Below are positions 27,942-36,934 of a stretch of DNA of 64,000 bases, piece by piece. Each line of letters opens with the position of its first letter. The first letter of the stretch is position 1. A model generated the notes under the pieces. That model saw nothing but the letters and a program-made list of their open reading frames with translations. It ran no database searches and was not told the origin of the DNA. The stretch lies in assembly GCA_963761335.1 (NCBI GenBank), contig CAVXGR010000011.1:256001-320000 (forward strand), given 5' to 3'. The stretch comes from an uncultured delta proteobacterium. Its GTDB lineage: Bacteria; Desulfobacterota; Binatia; HRBIN30; BPIQ01. The position numbers and the translations under genes are program-made.

Positions 27942-28053
27942 ATGCGCCGAAGCTCGTGAATCTTCGGGGCGTTCAACGAGACCCACGCCCGCATACAGTG
28001 CGGGAGTGGGAGCCGATGCCGATGGTTCTCGCGGCGCGGCAAGGTAGGGAGGC

Positions 28054-28431
28054 ATGACGAGTGGAGCAGCAGCACGGCGCGTGATCCGCGACGTCGACCC
28101 CGAGGCGGTACGCGACCTACTGGAGCATCCCCCGCGCGCCACGGTCGCCTATGTCGCGGACGGCACGGTGAGCGTGGCCCCGGCGCGGGCACGCGGCGCC
28201 GGGGGCACGCACCGTTTCGCCGTTGCCGCCGGCGCCGCACCCGACCTCGACGGGCGGGAGGTGGTTCTCGTGGGCGACGATGGGCCCTTCTGGTTTCAGC
28301 TGCGCGGGCTCTCCGTGCGCGGCATCGCGCGAGCGGAAGCCTCGTCGGAACCGAGCCCCGATCTCGTCTGGTACGTGATCGACCCCCGCCGCGTTCTGGC
28401 CTGGGACTACGCGACACTGCGCGAGGAATGA
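28054..28431 (+). CDS. Split-barrel (PNPOx-like) flavin-binding protein
   Basis: QLRGLSVRG...PRRVLAWDY pattern; RBS. Confidence 0.65.
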   Translation: MTSGAAARRVIRDVDPEAVRDLLEHPPRATVAYVADGTVSVAPARARGAGGTHRFAVAAGAAPDLDGREVVLVGDDGPFWFQLRGLSVRGIARAEASSEPSPDLVWYVIDPRRVLAWDYATLREE

Positions 28432-28435
28432 TCCG

Positions 28436-28894
28436 ATGGCGGAGCCGATCGATGAGGCCACCCGGGATTTTCTGCGGCGATCGATGGTCGTCATGGTCGC
28501 CACCTGCTCGCCGAAGAGCCGGCCCTTCCTGACACCGCTCTGGTTCGTGCTCGACGACGGTGCCCTCTACATCACCACCGGCGCCTCGACCTGGGCGGGC
28601 CGCAACGTCGCCCAGCATCCCGAGGTGGCGTTGCTCTTCGGAGGCGAGGCGACGACACCGGCGGACCGCTTCCTCCGCCTGCGCGGCACGGCCACTTGCC
28701 ATCAGGGATTCCCTCCGCTGCGCGTCCTCCTGCGAATCGCCGCCAAGTACTACCTGTCGCCCGGCGCGCTCGCGGTCGAGCTGCGCAACGCCGCCAAGTG
28801 GGGCGTGCGGATGCGTTACTACGCGGGCGTGAGCGGCGGCCCCGGCTACATCCGCGTCGTCCCCACCGCCGCCGCCTTCCTGTCGCCGCCGTGA
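28436..28894 (+). CDS. Pyridoxamine 5'-phosphate oxidase-like (FMN/F420 split-barrel) protein
   Basis: VAT...RPFLTPLWF...RNVAQHPEVAL pattern. Confidence 0.8.
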   Translation: MAEPIDEATRDFLRRSMVVMVATCSPKSRPFLTPLWFVLDDGALYITTGASTWAGRNVAQHPEVALLFGGEATTPADRFLRLRGTATCHQGFPPLRVLLRIAAKYYLSPGALAVELRNAAKWGVRMRYYAGVSGGPGYIRVVPTAAAFLSPP

Positions 28895-28926
28895 GGATGA
28901 CGGCCCCGAGACGGCGCTTCCACTCT

Positions 28927-29394
28927 TCATTCGCGGGCGTGCTCGGCAGCCCGCTTCTTCATCTCCTCGGGTGACAGATCCTCTTTGTGAGTAGCGATGT
29001 ACCAGATGTGCCCGAAGGGGTCCTTCACGCCGCCGGAGCGATCGCCGTACCACTGATCCTGCAGCGGCAGGATTTCCACGGCGCCCCCCTCGATGGCGCG
29101 CTGGAAGGCCGCGTCGGCATCCTCGACGTAGAGGTAGATGTGCACCGTCGTGCCGCCGCGCGCCTCCGGCCCGCGCCACTCCGGGAACTCGGGAAACTCG
29201 TCGGCGATCATGAAGGGCGAATCGCCGATGCGGATCTCGGCGTGTCGCACCTTGCCGCCGGGGTCGGCGTGGCACATGATCACCGTCGCGGCAAACACCT
29301 TCTTGTAGAACTCGATGGCGCGGGCGGCATCCTTGATGATCATGTAGGGCGTCGCCGTGTGAAAGCCTTTGGGTACCGGGTTTACCTTGCTCAT
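28927..29394 (-). CDS. VOC/glyoxalase (PhnB-like) protein
   Basis: AIEFYKKVF, HAEIRIGDS, DQWYGDR..VKDPFGH motifs. Confidence 0.92.
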   Translation of the reverse strand: MSKVNPVPKGFHTATPYMIIKDAARAIEFYKKVFAATVIMCHADPGGKVRHAEIRIGDSPFMIADEFPEFPEWRGPEARGGTTVHIYLYVEDADAAFQRAIEGGAVEILPLQDQWYGDRSGGVKDPFGHIWYIATHKEDLSPEEMKKRAAEHARE

Positions 29395-29434
29395 CGTCAG
29401 TTCCTCCTTCGCTTCATTCTATGCCGTCGCGCTC

Positions 29435-30511
29435 TCAGGCGGGAGCACGCGGATCCTCGGCCCAGGAGACCTGCGACGGACGCGGTGTGGCGTAGAGCCC
29501 CGTCACCCGCCGGCGCGCCCGCTGCCGGTGCCAGAGGCCCCGCGGACAGACGAACACCGAGCCGGCGGGCACGGTGACGCGCACCGGAGCCTCGGCGGCC
29601 AGCACCGTCACCTCCACCTCCCCCTCGAGGACATGGAGCAGCTCGTCGCCGCGCGGATGCCGTTCCCACGGGGACTCGCCCGAAAAACGGCCGACGGCAA
29701 TCGAGCACTGGTCCAATGCGGCGATCTGGCGAAAGGCGGCGTCGGCCTCCTCGCCCGTCGTCTCGCCGGTGATCGCCAGCTCGGGGACGCGCCGCAGAGC
29801 CGCGCCGAGGTCGATCGCCTCGAGCTGCGGCGGCCGCCGCCCGCGTCTCGGGGGACGGGCTGCCGCCGTATCGCCCTGGCGACGGCGGCGCGGCATCGCG
29901 GCATCTGAGACCTGCGTCCCCCCACCGGGCGTGGCGAAGAGCAGCGACAGGCGCGACAGCGGCTTGATGCGATGCCAGAGTCCGCGCGGGCAGATGAAGA
30001 TGGAGCCGGCGCGCACCCGCGTGTCCTTCGGCCCGTCATCGCTCAGTGTGGTGATCTCCGCTTCCCCCTCGAGAATGTGCAGCAGCTCGTCGCCCGCCGG
30101 GTGACACTCCCAGTACGAGTGCTCGGAAAAGCGAGAGACGCCGACCGTGCAGCCGTTGAGCGAGGCCAGGAAACGCATGCTCAGCTCGGGGAGATCACCA
30201 AGGGCTGCGCCGAGATCGTGCGGCACGAGCCGCGGGCCGGCGGCGAGGTCCTGGAGACGAGCGCGAATTTCCTCCGCCGTCCGCAGGGGCGGTCCGGCGC
30301 TCGCCGCCGCGTTCGCCCGACTCGCCGCGGACAGCAGCTCGGCGCGCAGGCGCGCCCGAAACGCCTCGGTCGGCAGGTTGCGCAGATCGGCGGCAACCCG
30401 CAGCAATGCCGAGAGCTGCGGGCCGAGCCGTCGAGGCATCGTATCGGGGTGCTTCATGAACGATTCCACCGCGGCGTCGAGCTGTTCGGACAGGTTCTCG
30501 CTTCTAGCCAT
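29435..30511 (-). CDS. Putative anti-sigma-like N-terminal domain fused to two cupin domains
   Basis: Two WE.HP.GDELLH.LEG...PRGLWH cupin repeats; helical N-terminus; overlaps the ECF stop. Confidence 0.8.
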   Translation of the reverse strand: MARSENLSEQLDAAVESFMKHPDTMPRRLGPQLSALLRVAADLRNLPTEAFRARLRAELLSAASRANAAASAGPPLRTAEEIRARLQDLAAGPRLVPHDLGAALGDLPELSMRFLASLNGCTVGVSRFSEHSYWECHPAGDELLHILEGEAEITTLSDDGPKDTRVRAGSIFICPRGLWHRIKPLSRLSLLFATPGGGTQVSDAAMPRRRRQGDTAAARPPRRGRRPPQLEAIDLGAALRRVPELAITGETTGEEADAAFRQIAALDQCSIAVGRFSGESPWERHPRGDELLHVLEGEVEVTVLAAEAPVRVTVPAGSVFVCPRGLWHRQRARRRVTGLYATPRPSQVSWAEDPRAPA

Positions 30512-31061
30512 TCGCCTCACCGAGTCGCTCCCGCAGGTTCTGCAGACCGCGGAGCTGGAGCTGTTTCACCGCACCCTCGCTGCGCCCGAGAGCGCCAGCG
30601 ATGTCGGCGATGCTGCGATCCTCGCCGAAACGCATGACGATGACCCGGCGCTGGTCGGCCGGAAGCCTGTCGACCAGCCGAAAGAGCCGCACCCGCTGCT
30701 CGACGTCCTCCAGCGTGCTCGGCTCGGGATCGCCGGCGCGCACCATCTGGCGCTCTCGGGCGGCCCGCTGCGAGCGGTTGACGATGGCATTTGCGGCGAT
30801 GCGCAGCAGCCAGGCCGCCAGTGGTACGCCGCGCCACTCAAAGCGCTCGATGCCGGTGAGCGCTCGGTGGAACACCTCCGAGGTCAGATCTTGCGCCTCG
30901 TCGCGGTCGCCGACGCGGCGGACAATGAAGGCGTAGACACGCTCGAAGTTGCTCTCGTAGACTTCGGCGAAGCGGCGGCGGTCCTTCTGTGCCGCCTCGA
31001 TGAGAAGTCGGTCGCCATCGTCGTTGCCGATGTCCCTCAGTGCCGCCCGCCGCGCCGTCAT
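30504..31061 (-). CDS. ECF sigma factor
   Basis: AQDLTSEVF, AWLLRIAAN, SIADIA..LGRSEGAVKQLQLR motifs. Confidence 0.92.
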   Translation of the reverse strand: MTARRAALRDIGNDDGDRLLIEAAQKDRRRFAEVYESNFERVYAFIVRRVGDRDEAQDLTSEVFHRALTGIERFEWRGVPLAAWLLRIAANAIVNRSQRAARERQMVRAGDPEPSTLEDVEQRVRLFRLVDRLPADQRRVIVMRFGEDRSIADIAGALGRSEGAVKQLQLRGLQNLRERLGEANG

Positions 31062-31073
31062 CGCTCAACCTCT

Positions 31074-31101
31074 ATAACCTGCCGGAGGGCAAAAAGGTTA
31101 C
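31074..31101 (-). promoter_or_regulatory. Putative autoregulatory ECF promoter (GTAACC-N16-GGTTAT)
   Basis: AAC/GTT ECF-type elements 12 bp upstream of the sigma start. Confidence 0.55.
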
Positions 31102-31181
31102 GCTGAGTACTGTCCTGAATTCCCCCGACGCCGGACGTTGACGAAGGCGATTGGCTGTCTTCCGGTCGCTGCGGGCGTGGG

Positions 31182-31317
31182 CTCCCTCTCCCGCATTGCC
31201 GGCGGGAGAGGGCCCGGGTGAGGGCGCCGATCTTTGAACGCCGCGAAGATCGACCAGCTTTCAGTGCGAAGGGATCCCTCACCTTGTTCCTCTCCCGCAG
31301 GCAATGCGGGAGAGGAG
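31182..31317. repeat. REP-like doublet (CCTCTCCCGC...GCGGGAGAGG with CCCTCACC tails) in inverted orientation
   Basis: Two hairpins that are related by inversion. Confidence 0.75.
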
Positions 31318-31422
31318 ATCCGGTGTGCGGCGCCGGAAACAAGTCGCAGACGTCGAATTGGGACACTACCTTACGCTGGGGGTCCGTAGACGAAGGGGGG
31401 AAATGCGCTTACTCTGCCGCCC

Positions 31423-32832
31423 ATGGGGCTGAGCGGCGACGCGGATATTTGCTACCGAACTCTCACCGACACCGCCGATCTGTTGCGCCGCAAGCAGATC
31501 TCGCCGGTCGAGCTGACGCGGGCGATGCTGGACCGCATCGAGCGTCTGGATCCGCAGCTGCACGCGTACCTCACGGTGCTGCCGGAGCGCGCTCTGCAGC
31601 GCGCCGCCGAGGCCGAGCGAGAGCTCGGAAAAGGCAGGGATCGCGGGCCGCTGCACGGGATTCCGATCGCGGTGAAAGACCTCTTCTTCACCCGCAACAT
31701 TCCCACCACCTGCGCCTCGATTCTGCTCCAGGGTTGGATCCCCGAAGAGGACGCCACCGCGGTATCGCGCCTCGAAGCCGCCGGGGCGGTGCTGCTCGGC
31801 AAGCTCAACATGACCGAGTTCGCCATGCTCGGCTACGCCCGCTCGCTGCCGATCCCCCGCAATCCGTGGGACCTCACCCGCTCGACCGGAGGCTCGTCGA
31901 GCGGCTCCGGAGTCGCCACCGCGGCCGGCCTGTGCTTCGCGTCCCTGGGCACCGACACCGGCGGCTCGATTCGCATTCCCTCGGCGTGGTGCGGCATCGT
32001 CGGCCTGAAGCCGACCTACGGGAGAGTGAGCCGCCGCGGGGTATTCCCTCTCGCCACGACACTCGATCACGTCGGACCGATGACGCGAAGTGTCGCCGAC
32101 GCCGCCGCGGTGCTGGAAGTGATCGCCGGGGAAGACGACTGCGACCCCACATCGCTCGAGGCTCCGGTCCCGGAGTGCACGGCGGCCCTCGGCCGCGGCG
32201 TAGAGGGAGTGCGCATCGGTGTCGACGAGAATTACATGGGCGAGTCCTCGCATCCCACCGTGGTCGCGGCGCTGCGCCAGGCACTCGAGGTCCTGCAGCG
32301 ACAGGGGGCGCGCTTGGTGCCGGTGTCGGTCCCTCCCGTCAAGGAGGTGCTCGAGGTGTGGTCGGTGATCTGCGCTGCCGAGGCGGTGGCGGCGCACGAG
32401 CACACCTATCCGGCACGCGCCGCCGAGTACGGCCCCAGCTTCCGCTCGTTTCTGGAGTTCGGATCGTCGATCAGCGGCGCGCAGTACGCCAAGGCGCACC
32501 TGCTGCCATTGGAGTTCTCGCGCCGCCTACAGCGCGTCTTCACGCAGGCGGACGTGCTCGCCTGTCCCGGCAGCTTCATGCTGCCGCCGCCGGCCGATGC
32601 CCTCGACTTCTACGGCCCCTTTTCGACGGAGATCGCGCCGTTCCTGCGCTTCAGCGCTCCGTTCAACTTCAGCGGCAATCCGACGCTCTCCGTGCCCGCC
32701 GGATTCAGCCCCGGCGGTCTGCCCCACAGCATGCAGCTCATCGGCCCGCTCCTCGGCGAGCCGATCCTCTGCCAGGTCGGCCACGCTTACGAGCAGGCGA
32801 CGCCTTGGCACCAGCAGCATCCGCCGATGTAG
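31423..32832 (+). CDS. Amidase-signature family amidase
   Basis: IAVKD, GGSSSGS, GTDTGGSIR motifs. Confidence 0.94.
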   Translation: MGLSGDADICYRTLTDTADLLRRKQISPVELTRAMLDRIERLDPQLHAYLTVLPERALQRAAEAERELGKGRDRGPLHGIPIAVKDLFFTRNIPTTCASILLQGWIPEEDATAVSRLEAAGAVLLGKLNMTEFAMLGYARSLPIPRNPWDLTRSTGGSSSGSGVATAAGLCFASLGTDTGGSIRIPSAWCGIVGLKPTYGRVSRRGVFPLATTLDHVGPMTRSVADAAAVLEVIAGEDDCDPTSLEAPVPECTAALGRGVEGVRIGVDENYMGESSHPTVVAALRQALEVLQRQGARLVPVSVPPVKEVLEVWSVICAAEAVAAHEHTYPARAAEYGPSFRSFLEFGSSISGAQYAKAHLLPLEFSRRLQRVFTQADVLACPGSFMLPPPADALDFYGPFSTEIAPFLRFSAPFNFSGNPTLSVPAGFSPGGLPHSMQLIGPLLGEPILCQVGHAYEQATPWHQQHPPM

Positions 32833-32854
32833 GCCGGTCTCGCCGGGAGACCGC

Positions 32855-33877
32855 TCACAGCTGGTCCGCGAGGTAGCGCTCGGCGAGGTCGGTGACCAGG
32901 AAGGCGAGCAGGGGCGCGAGGTCGCGTCCCGACTGCATCTCGCTCCTTCCCACCGGCCAGCCGAGATAGCTCAGGCCGCGGGCCATGAGGAAGCTCGGCA
33001 TCAGCGCCAGGTGCTCGTCGGGAAGCTCGCCGACCGAGCGATAGCCCTCCACGTACCCCTCGCGGGCAGGCTCGAACCCGGGGCTGCCGAGCAGTGTGAA
33101 GATCGAGGTCGCCATATCGAAGGCGTACCAGCTGTCGCCGCAGTCATCGAAGTCCACCACGCGAACTCCGCCGGCACCGACGAGAATGTTGTCGGGAACC
33201 AGGTCGCCGTGGGTGAGGCCGTAGCAATCGCTTCCCCGGCCGAAGCCCTCCAGCCGCTCGCGGGCACGGTCGCGGGCGCGAAAGAGGGTGTGGCGCTGCT
33301 CCTCGGTGAGCAGCCCGAGCTCCCAGAATCGGCCGAAGGTCGGGTTGTCGCCGACGAGGGCCTCGACGTCCCAGGCCGGACGCACGAAGCCATCGGGGCT
33401 CTGCCACCGCCGCCCCTGCGCGTGAATGCGGCCGGCGATCTCGCCGACGGTGCGATAGCTCCGCCGCAAGGTCGTCTCGTCCAGGTCGACGCCGCCCTCC
33501 ATCGATCCCAGCGGTTGGCCCTCCACCCAGGAGAGCAGATCGCACTGGCGCGGCTCGGGAATGCCGTCGCTCTCGACGACGGCGAGGACGTCACCGGCCG
33601 CCGTCTCGATCGCCGCCGGCGTCTCGATTCCGTCTTCCGAAAGCGCCCTCATCCAGGCGAGCTCGGAGCGGATTTGCTCGTCGGTGCGGTAGCGGGGCCG
33701 GTGGATGCGCAGCACGGCGCGGGTGCCATCGGCGCCGGTGACCCCGAAGACGGAGTTCTCGCGATATTTGATCAGAGCAATGTCGGGGCCGGCGATCTTC
33801 CAGTGGGGGAGCGCTTTCCTCGCCAGGCGCTCCAGTCGCTCGATCTGTTGCTCGTTGGAGAGCTCCGCAAATTCCAT
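32855..33877 (-). CDS. APH / type II homoserine kinase-like phosphotransferase
   Basis: REN.VF, LRIHR, HGDL..DNIL, DFDDCG motifs. Confidence 0.9.
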   Translation of the reverse strand: MEFAELSNEQQIERLERLARKALPHWKIAGPDIALIKYRENSVFGVTGADGTRAVLRIHRPRYRTDEQIRSELAWMRALSEDGIETPAAIETAAGDVLAVVESDGIPEPRQCDLLSWVEGQPLGSMEGGVDLDETTLRRSYRTVGEIAGRIHAQGRRWQSPDGFVRPAWDVEALVGDNPTFGRFWELGLLTEEQRHTLFRARDRARERLEGFGRGSDCYGLTHGDLVPDNILVGAGGVRVVDFDDCGDSWYAFDMATSIFTLLGSPGFEPAREGYVEGYRSVGELPDEHLALMPSFLMARGLSYLGWPVGRSEMQSGRDLAPLLAFLVTDLAERYLADQL

Positions 33878-33899
33878 CTGCACTCCGCTACCCAGCTTC

Positions 33900-35168
33900 T
33901 CAGGCGGCGCGCCGCTCGAGCTCCGCCAGGGCCGCATCGAGCCTGCTCAGGAGAAGGTCGCAATAGGGCTCGTCGACCAGCAGCCCGGGCTTGAACTGCA
34001 GCACCGAGAAATCGAAGCCCGCGAAGATCGCCCAGACGCCATGCCGATAGAGCGTCGGACAGAGATCCAAGGCTCCGGTCGGCGACGCCAGCTCGAGACC
34101 CATGACCAGGCCTTTCTGGCGCACACCCGTCAGAAAAGCATGCCGTGAGCGCAGCTTCTTCAGACCCTCGGCAAGATAGGCGGCGATGTGGCGCGCATTG
34201 GCCAGAGACTCCGGCCGACGGCAGATGTCGAGCACCCGGGAAGCGACGTGGCAACCGATCTCGGCACCGCCGAAGGTCGAGGCATACGCCCAGCCCTGCT
34301 CCTTCAGCCAGGCGCCGACCTCTCTGCTCATCACCACGGCGGCGATCGGGTAGATCCCGCCGGAAAGGCCCTTGCCGATCACCATCATGTCGGGCTCGAC
34401 GCCCCACGCCTCGACGCCCCACAGGTACCCGGTGCGGCCGAGGCCGGTCTGCACCTCGTCGGCGACGAACAGTGTCCCGTACTTCTCGCACAGCCCCTTG
34501 ACGCCGGGGAGATAGCCGTCGGAGGGTACCGGGAATCCGTAGGTTGCGGGAATCGTCTCCATCAGCACCACGGCGACATCGCGACCCGAGAGGGCTGTCT
34601 CCATCGCCTCGAGATCGTCGAACGGCACCTTGACGAACTCGGCGGGGTAGTCGCTGTGAAAGAACTGCGCGGTGCCGTCCTTGCCCGCGGCGCTCGAGAG
34701 CGCCGTGCAGCCGTGGTAGGCGGCGTCGAGGGCAAGGACCTTGCGCCGGCCGGTGGCGTGCCGCGCCGCGCGGATCGCCAGATCGTTCGCCTCGCTGCCG
34801 GAGGGCACGAAGACGGAGTAGTGGAGATCCCCGGGGGTCACCGCCGCGAGCTTCTCGGCGAGCGTGGCGCGCGCCTCGGAGGGGAAGTGATGATTGCCGA
34901 CGTCCAGCGAGCCGAGCGCTTCCTGCAGCGCTTCCAGGACCTCCGGGTGGCGATGGCCGAGGTTGTAGGTGCCCCCGTTGAGATGGAGATCGAGGAGCTC
35001 GTGACCATCGACGTCCCAGAACCGGTACCCTTCCCGGCGGCCGATCACCAGTGGTACGCCGAGCTGCATCCAGGTCTCGACGCGATTCGGCATCAGGTAC
35101 TCATGGGTGCGCTCGAGGATCTGCCTCTTGCGCTCGGACATGCCGCGAAGCTGCTCGTCGAAGTTCAT
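33900..35168 (-). CDS. Class III PLP-dependent aminotransferase family
   Basis: SGSEAND, AYHG, DEVQTGLGRTG, GKGLSGG motifs. Confidence 0.92.
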   Translation of the reverse strand: MNFDEQLRGMSERKRQILERTHEYLMPNRVETWMQLGVPLVIGRREGYRFWDVDGHELLDLHLNGGTYNLGHRHPEVLEALQEALGSLDVGNHHFPSEARATLAEKLAAVTPGDLHYSVFVPSGSEANDLAIRAARHATGRRKVLALDAAYHGCTALSSAAGKDGTAQFFHSDYPAEFVKVPFDDLEAMETALSGRDVAVVLMETIPATYGFPVPSDGYLPGVKGLCEKYGTLFVADEVQTGLGRTGYLWGVEAWGVEPDMMVIGKGLSGGIYPIAAVVMSREVGAWLKEQGWAYASTFGGAEIGCHVASRVLDICRRPESLANARHIAAYLAEGLKKLRSRHAFLTGVRQKGLVMGLELASPTGALDLCPTLYRHGVWAIFAGFDFSVLQFKPGLLVDEPYCDLLLSRLDAALAELERRAA

Positions 35169-35235
35169 TGCGCTCTGCCTCCGCCCGCAAGCCTGGCGCG
35201 CCGGGCACATCCAAGTCAACGGCAGCATCGCGATA

Positions 35236-35307
35236 CCGCCGGCCCCGCGGGTCAAGTAGAAGCGGCGTCTCGCCGCTTCGGGAAGCGCCGGGACGGCGCT
35301 TCTACTT
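35236..35307. repeat. GTAG REP-like palindrome (inverted copy of 23875-23945)
   Basis: Direct comparison shows only a few mismatches. Confidence 0.85.
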
Positions 35308-35384
35308 CGGTTTCGGCGGTCGAGCGGCCTGCTGGTATCGGCGCCGCAACGGTGCGATAGGTATGGCTCGACAGGAGGTGCGCC

Positions 35385-36419
35385 ATGAGCACGCCAGCAG
35401 CCGGTTTCCGCGTCGTCCTCGCGCCCGAGGACGAGTACTGCCATCCGCCCGATGCGGCCAGCAACTACAATGAGAGCATGTACTTCAACGTCTTCGATCC
35501 GGCGAAGAAGATCGGCGGCTGGTTTCGCCTCGGCAACCGCGTCAACGAGGGGTACGCGGAGATGTCGGCGTGCCTCTATCTGCCCGACGGCCGCGTCGGC
35601 TTCATGTTCAACCGCCCCAAGATCGACAGCAACGAGAGCCTCGATGCCGGCGGCATGCGCTTCGAGGTGATCGAGCCTTTCAAGCGACTGCGCGTCACCT
35701 ACGACGGCAAGATGCTGCTGCTCGCCGATCCGCTGGAGATGGCGCACCCGTCGCGCGCCTTCAAGAACAACCCGCTGGTCGACTGCGCCGTCGCCCTCGA
35801 CTATCGCGGCATCGCCCCGATGTACGGCGGCCGGCCGGTCCTCGAGGACGGCTCCGACATCCCGATCGATCCGGAAAAGTCCTTCGCCAAGGCACACTAT
35901 GAGCAGCACGTCGCCGCCACCGGGAGCTTTCGGGTCGGCGACCAGCAGTGGCAGGTCGACGGCTTCGGCCTACGCGACAAGTCGTGGGGACCGCGCTACT
36001 GGCAGAGCGTCTCCTGGTATCGCTGGCTGCCGATCAGCTTCGGCCCCGATTTCGGCATGATGATCTCCATCATCGGCAGCGATGACGGCGCCGTGCGCCG
36101 CAGCGGCATGGTGCTGCGCCGCGGCGAGTACGTCGCCATCCGCGAGGCGCGCATCGAGAGCGACTGGGACGAGAACTGGTACCAGACGAGGCTGCGCGCC
36201 TGGGCCAGGACCGACGAGCGCGACTACCAGGTGGAGGGCGAGGTCATCTCCATGATCCCGCTGCGCAACCGCCGCACGGCCGACGACGGCACGAGCCTGG
36301 TCACCCGCATCACCGAGGGGATGACCGAGTACCGCTGTGACGGCAGGACCGGCTACGGCCTCTCCGAGTACCTCGACCAGATCGCCGACGGCCGGCCGGT
36401 CGGCGCCGACGTGAAATAG
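35385..36419 (+). CDS. Conserved beta-rich protein (NESMYF / RDKSWGPR family; possibly tocopherol cyclase/AttH-like fold)
   Basis: Strong codon bias; AGGAGG RBS; the fold assignment is inferred. Confidence 0.7.
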   Translation: MSTPAAGFRVVLAPEDEYCHPPDAASNYNESMYFNVFDPAKKIGGWFRLGNRVNEGYAEMSACLYLPDGRVGFMFNRPKIDSNESLDAGGMRFEVIEPFKRLRVTYDGKMLLLADPLEMAHPSRAFKNNPLVDCAVALDYRGIAPMYGGRPVLEDGSDIPIDPEKSFAKAHYEQHVAATGSFRVGDQQWQVDGFGLRDKSWGPRYWQSVSWYRWLPISFGPDFGMMISIIGSDDGAVRRSGMVLRRGEYVAIREARIESDWDENWYQTRLRAWARTDERDYQVEGEVISMIPLRNRRTADDGTSLVTRITEGMTEYRCDGRTGYGLSEYLDQIADGRPVGADVK

Positions 36420-36428
36420 CGCCGCAGA

Positions 36429-36502
36429 GGGGACAGGCACCTTTTCGGGCAGCGAACGCCACATCCACCAGCAGACCACAGTTCCGCCGAAAAGTAGCCT
36501 GC
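36429..36502. repeat. GGGGACAGGCAC-type inverted repeat
   Basis: Similar to 19752-19828. Confidence 0.65.
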
Positions 36503-36562
36503 TTCGAAAATCTGTTGGGTGAAGGTCTGGCGGAGCGCACCGGCGCTTGGCGTGGAGGCTTA

Positions 36563-36830
36563 TCGCCCCGGAGGGGCGCAGGCATGTAGCCCCGGGTGTT
36601 AACCCGGGGACCGCGTTCCGATTGGCCCAGATCAGCGCCCCGCAGGGGCGCAGGCGTAGAGGCCGCGTGAATCACCTCGATGAGCTTCCCACGCACCCAG
36701 CGGTGAGCATCGGCGTACAGGCGTGACATCGACGAAAACTTGCCCGCGCCCCTGGCGGGGCGCGCCTGACGGAGCGCGCATTCTTCCCGGGTTTCACCCG
36801 GGGCTACACGCCACCGCCCCTCCGGGGCGA
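36563..36830. repeat. REPIN-like element: nested GTAG REP inverted repeats
   Basis: CGCCCCGGAGGGGCG..GTAGCCCCGGG arms plus an inner GCGCCCC..GGGGCGC pair; same layout as 147-366. Confidence 0.85.
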
Positions 36831-36934
36831 ACTTCAGCCGGGCGAGGACCTCCAAGTCTCTTGCCGGCGCAGATCCCCAGCCTCATTTTCATCGTCTATT
36901 GGTGAGCCGCAAGGCTCATGACGCACTGTCCCCC

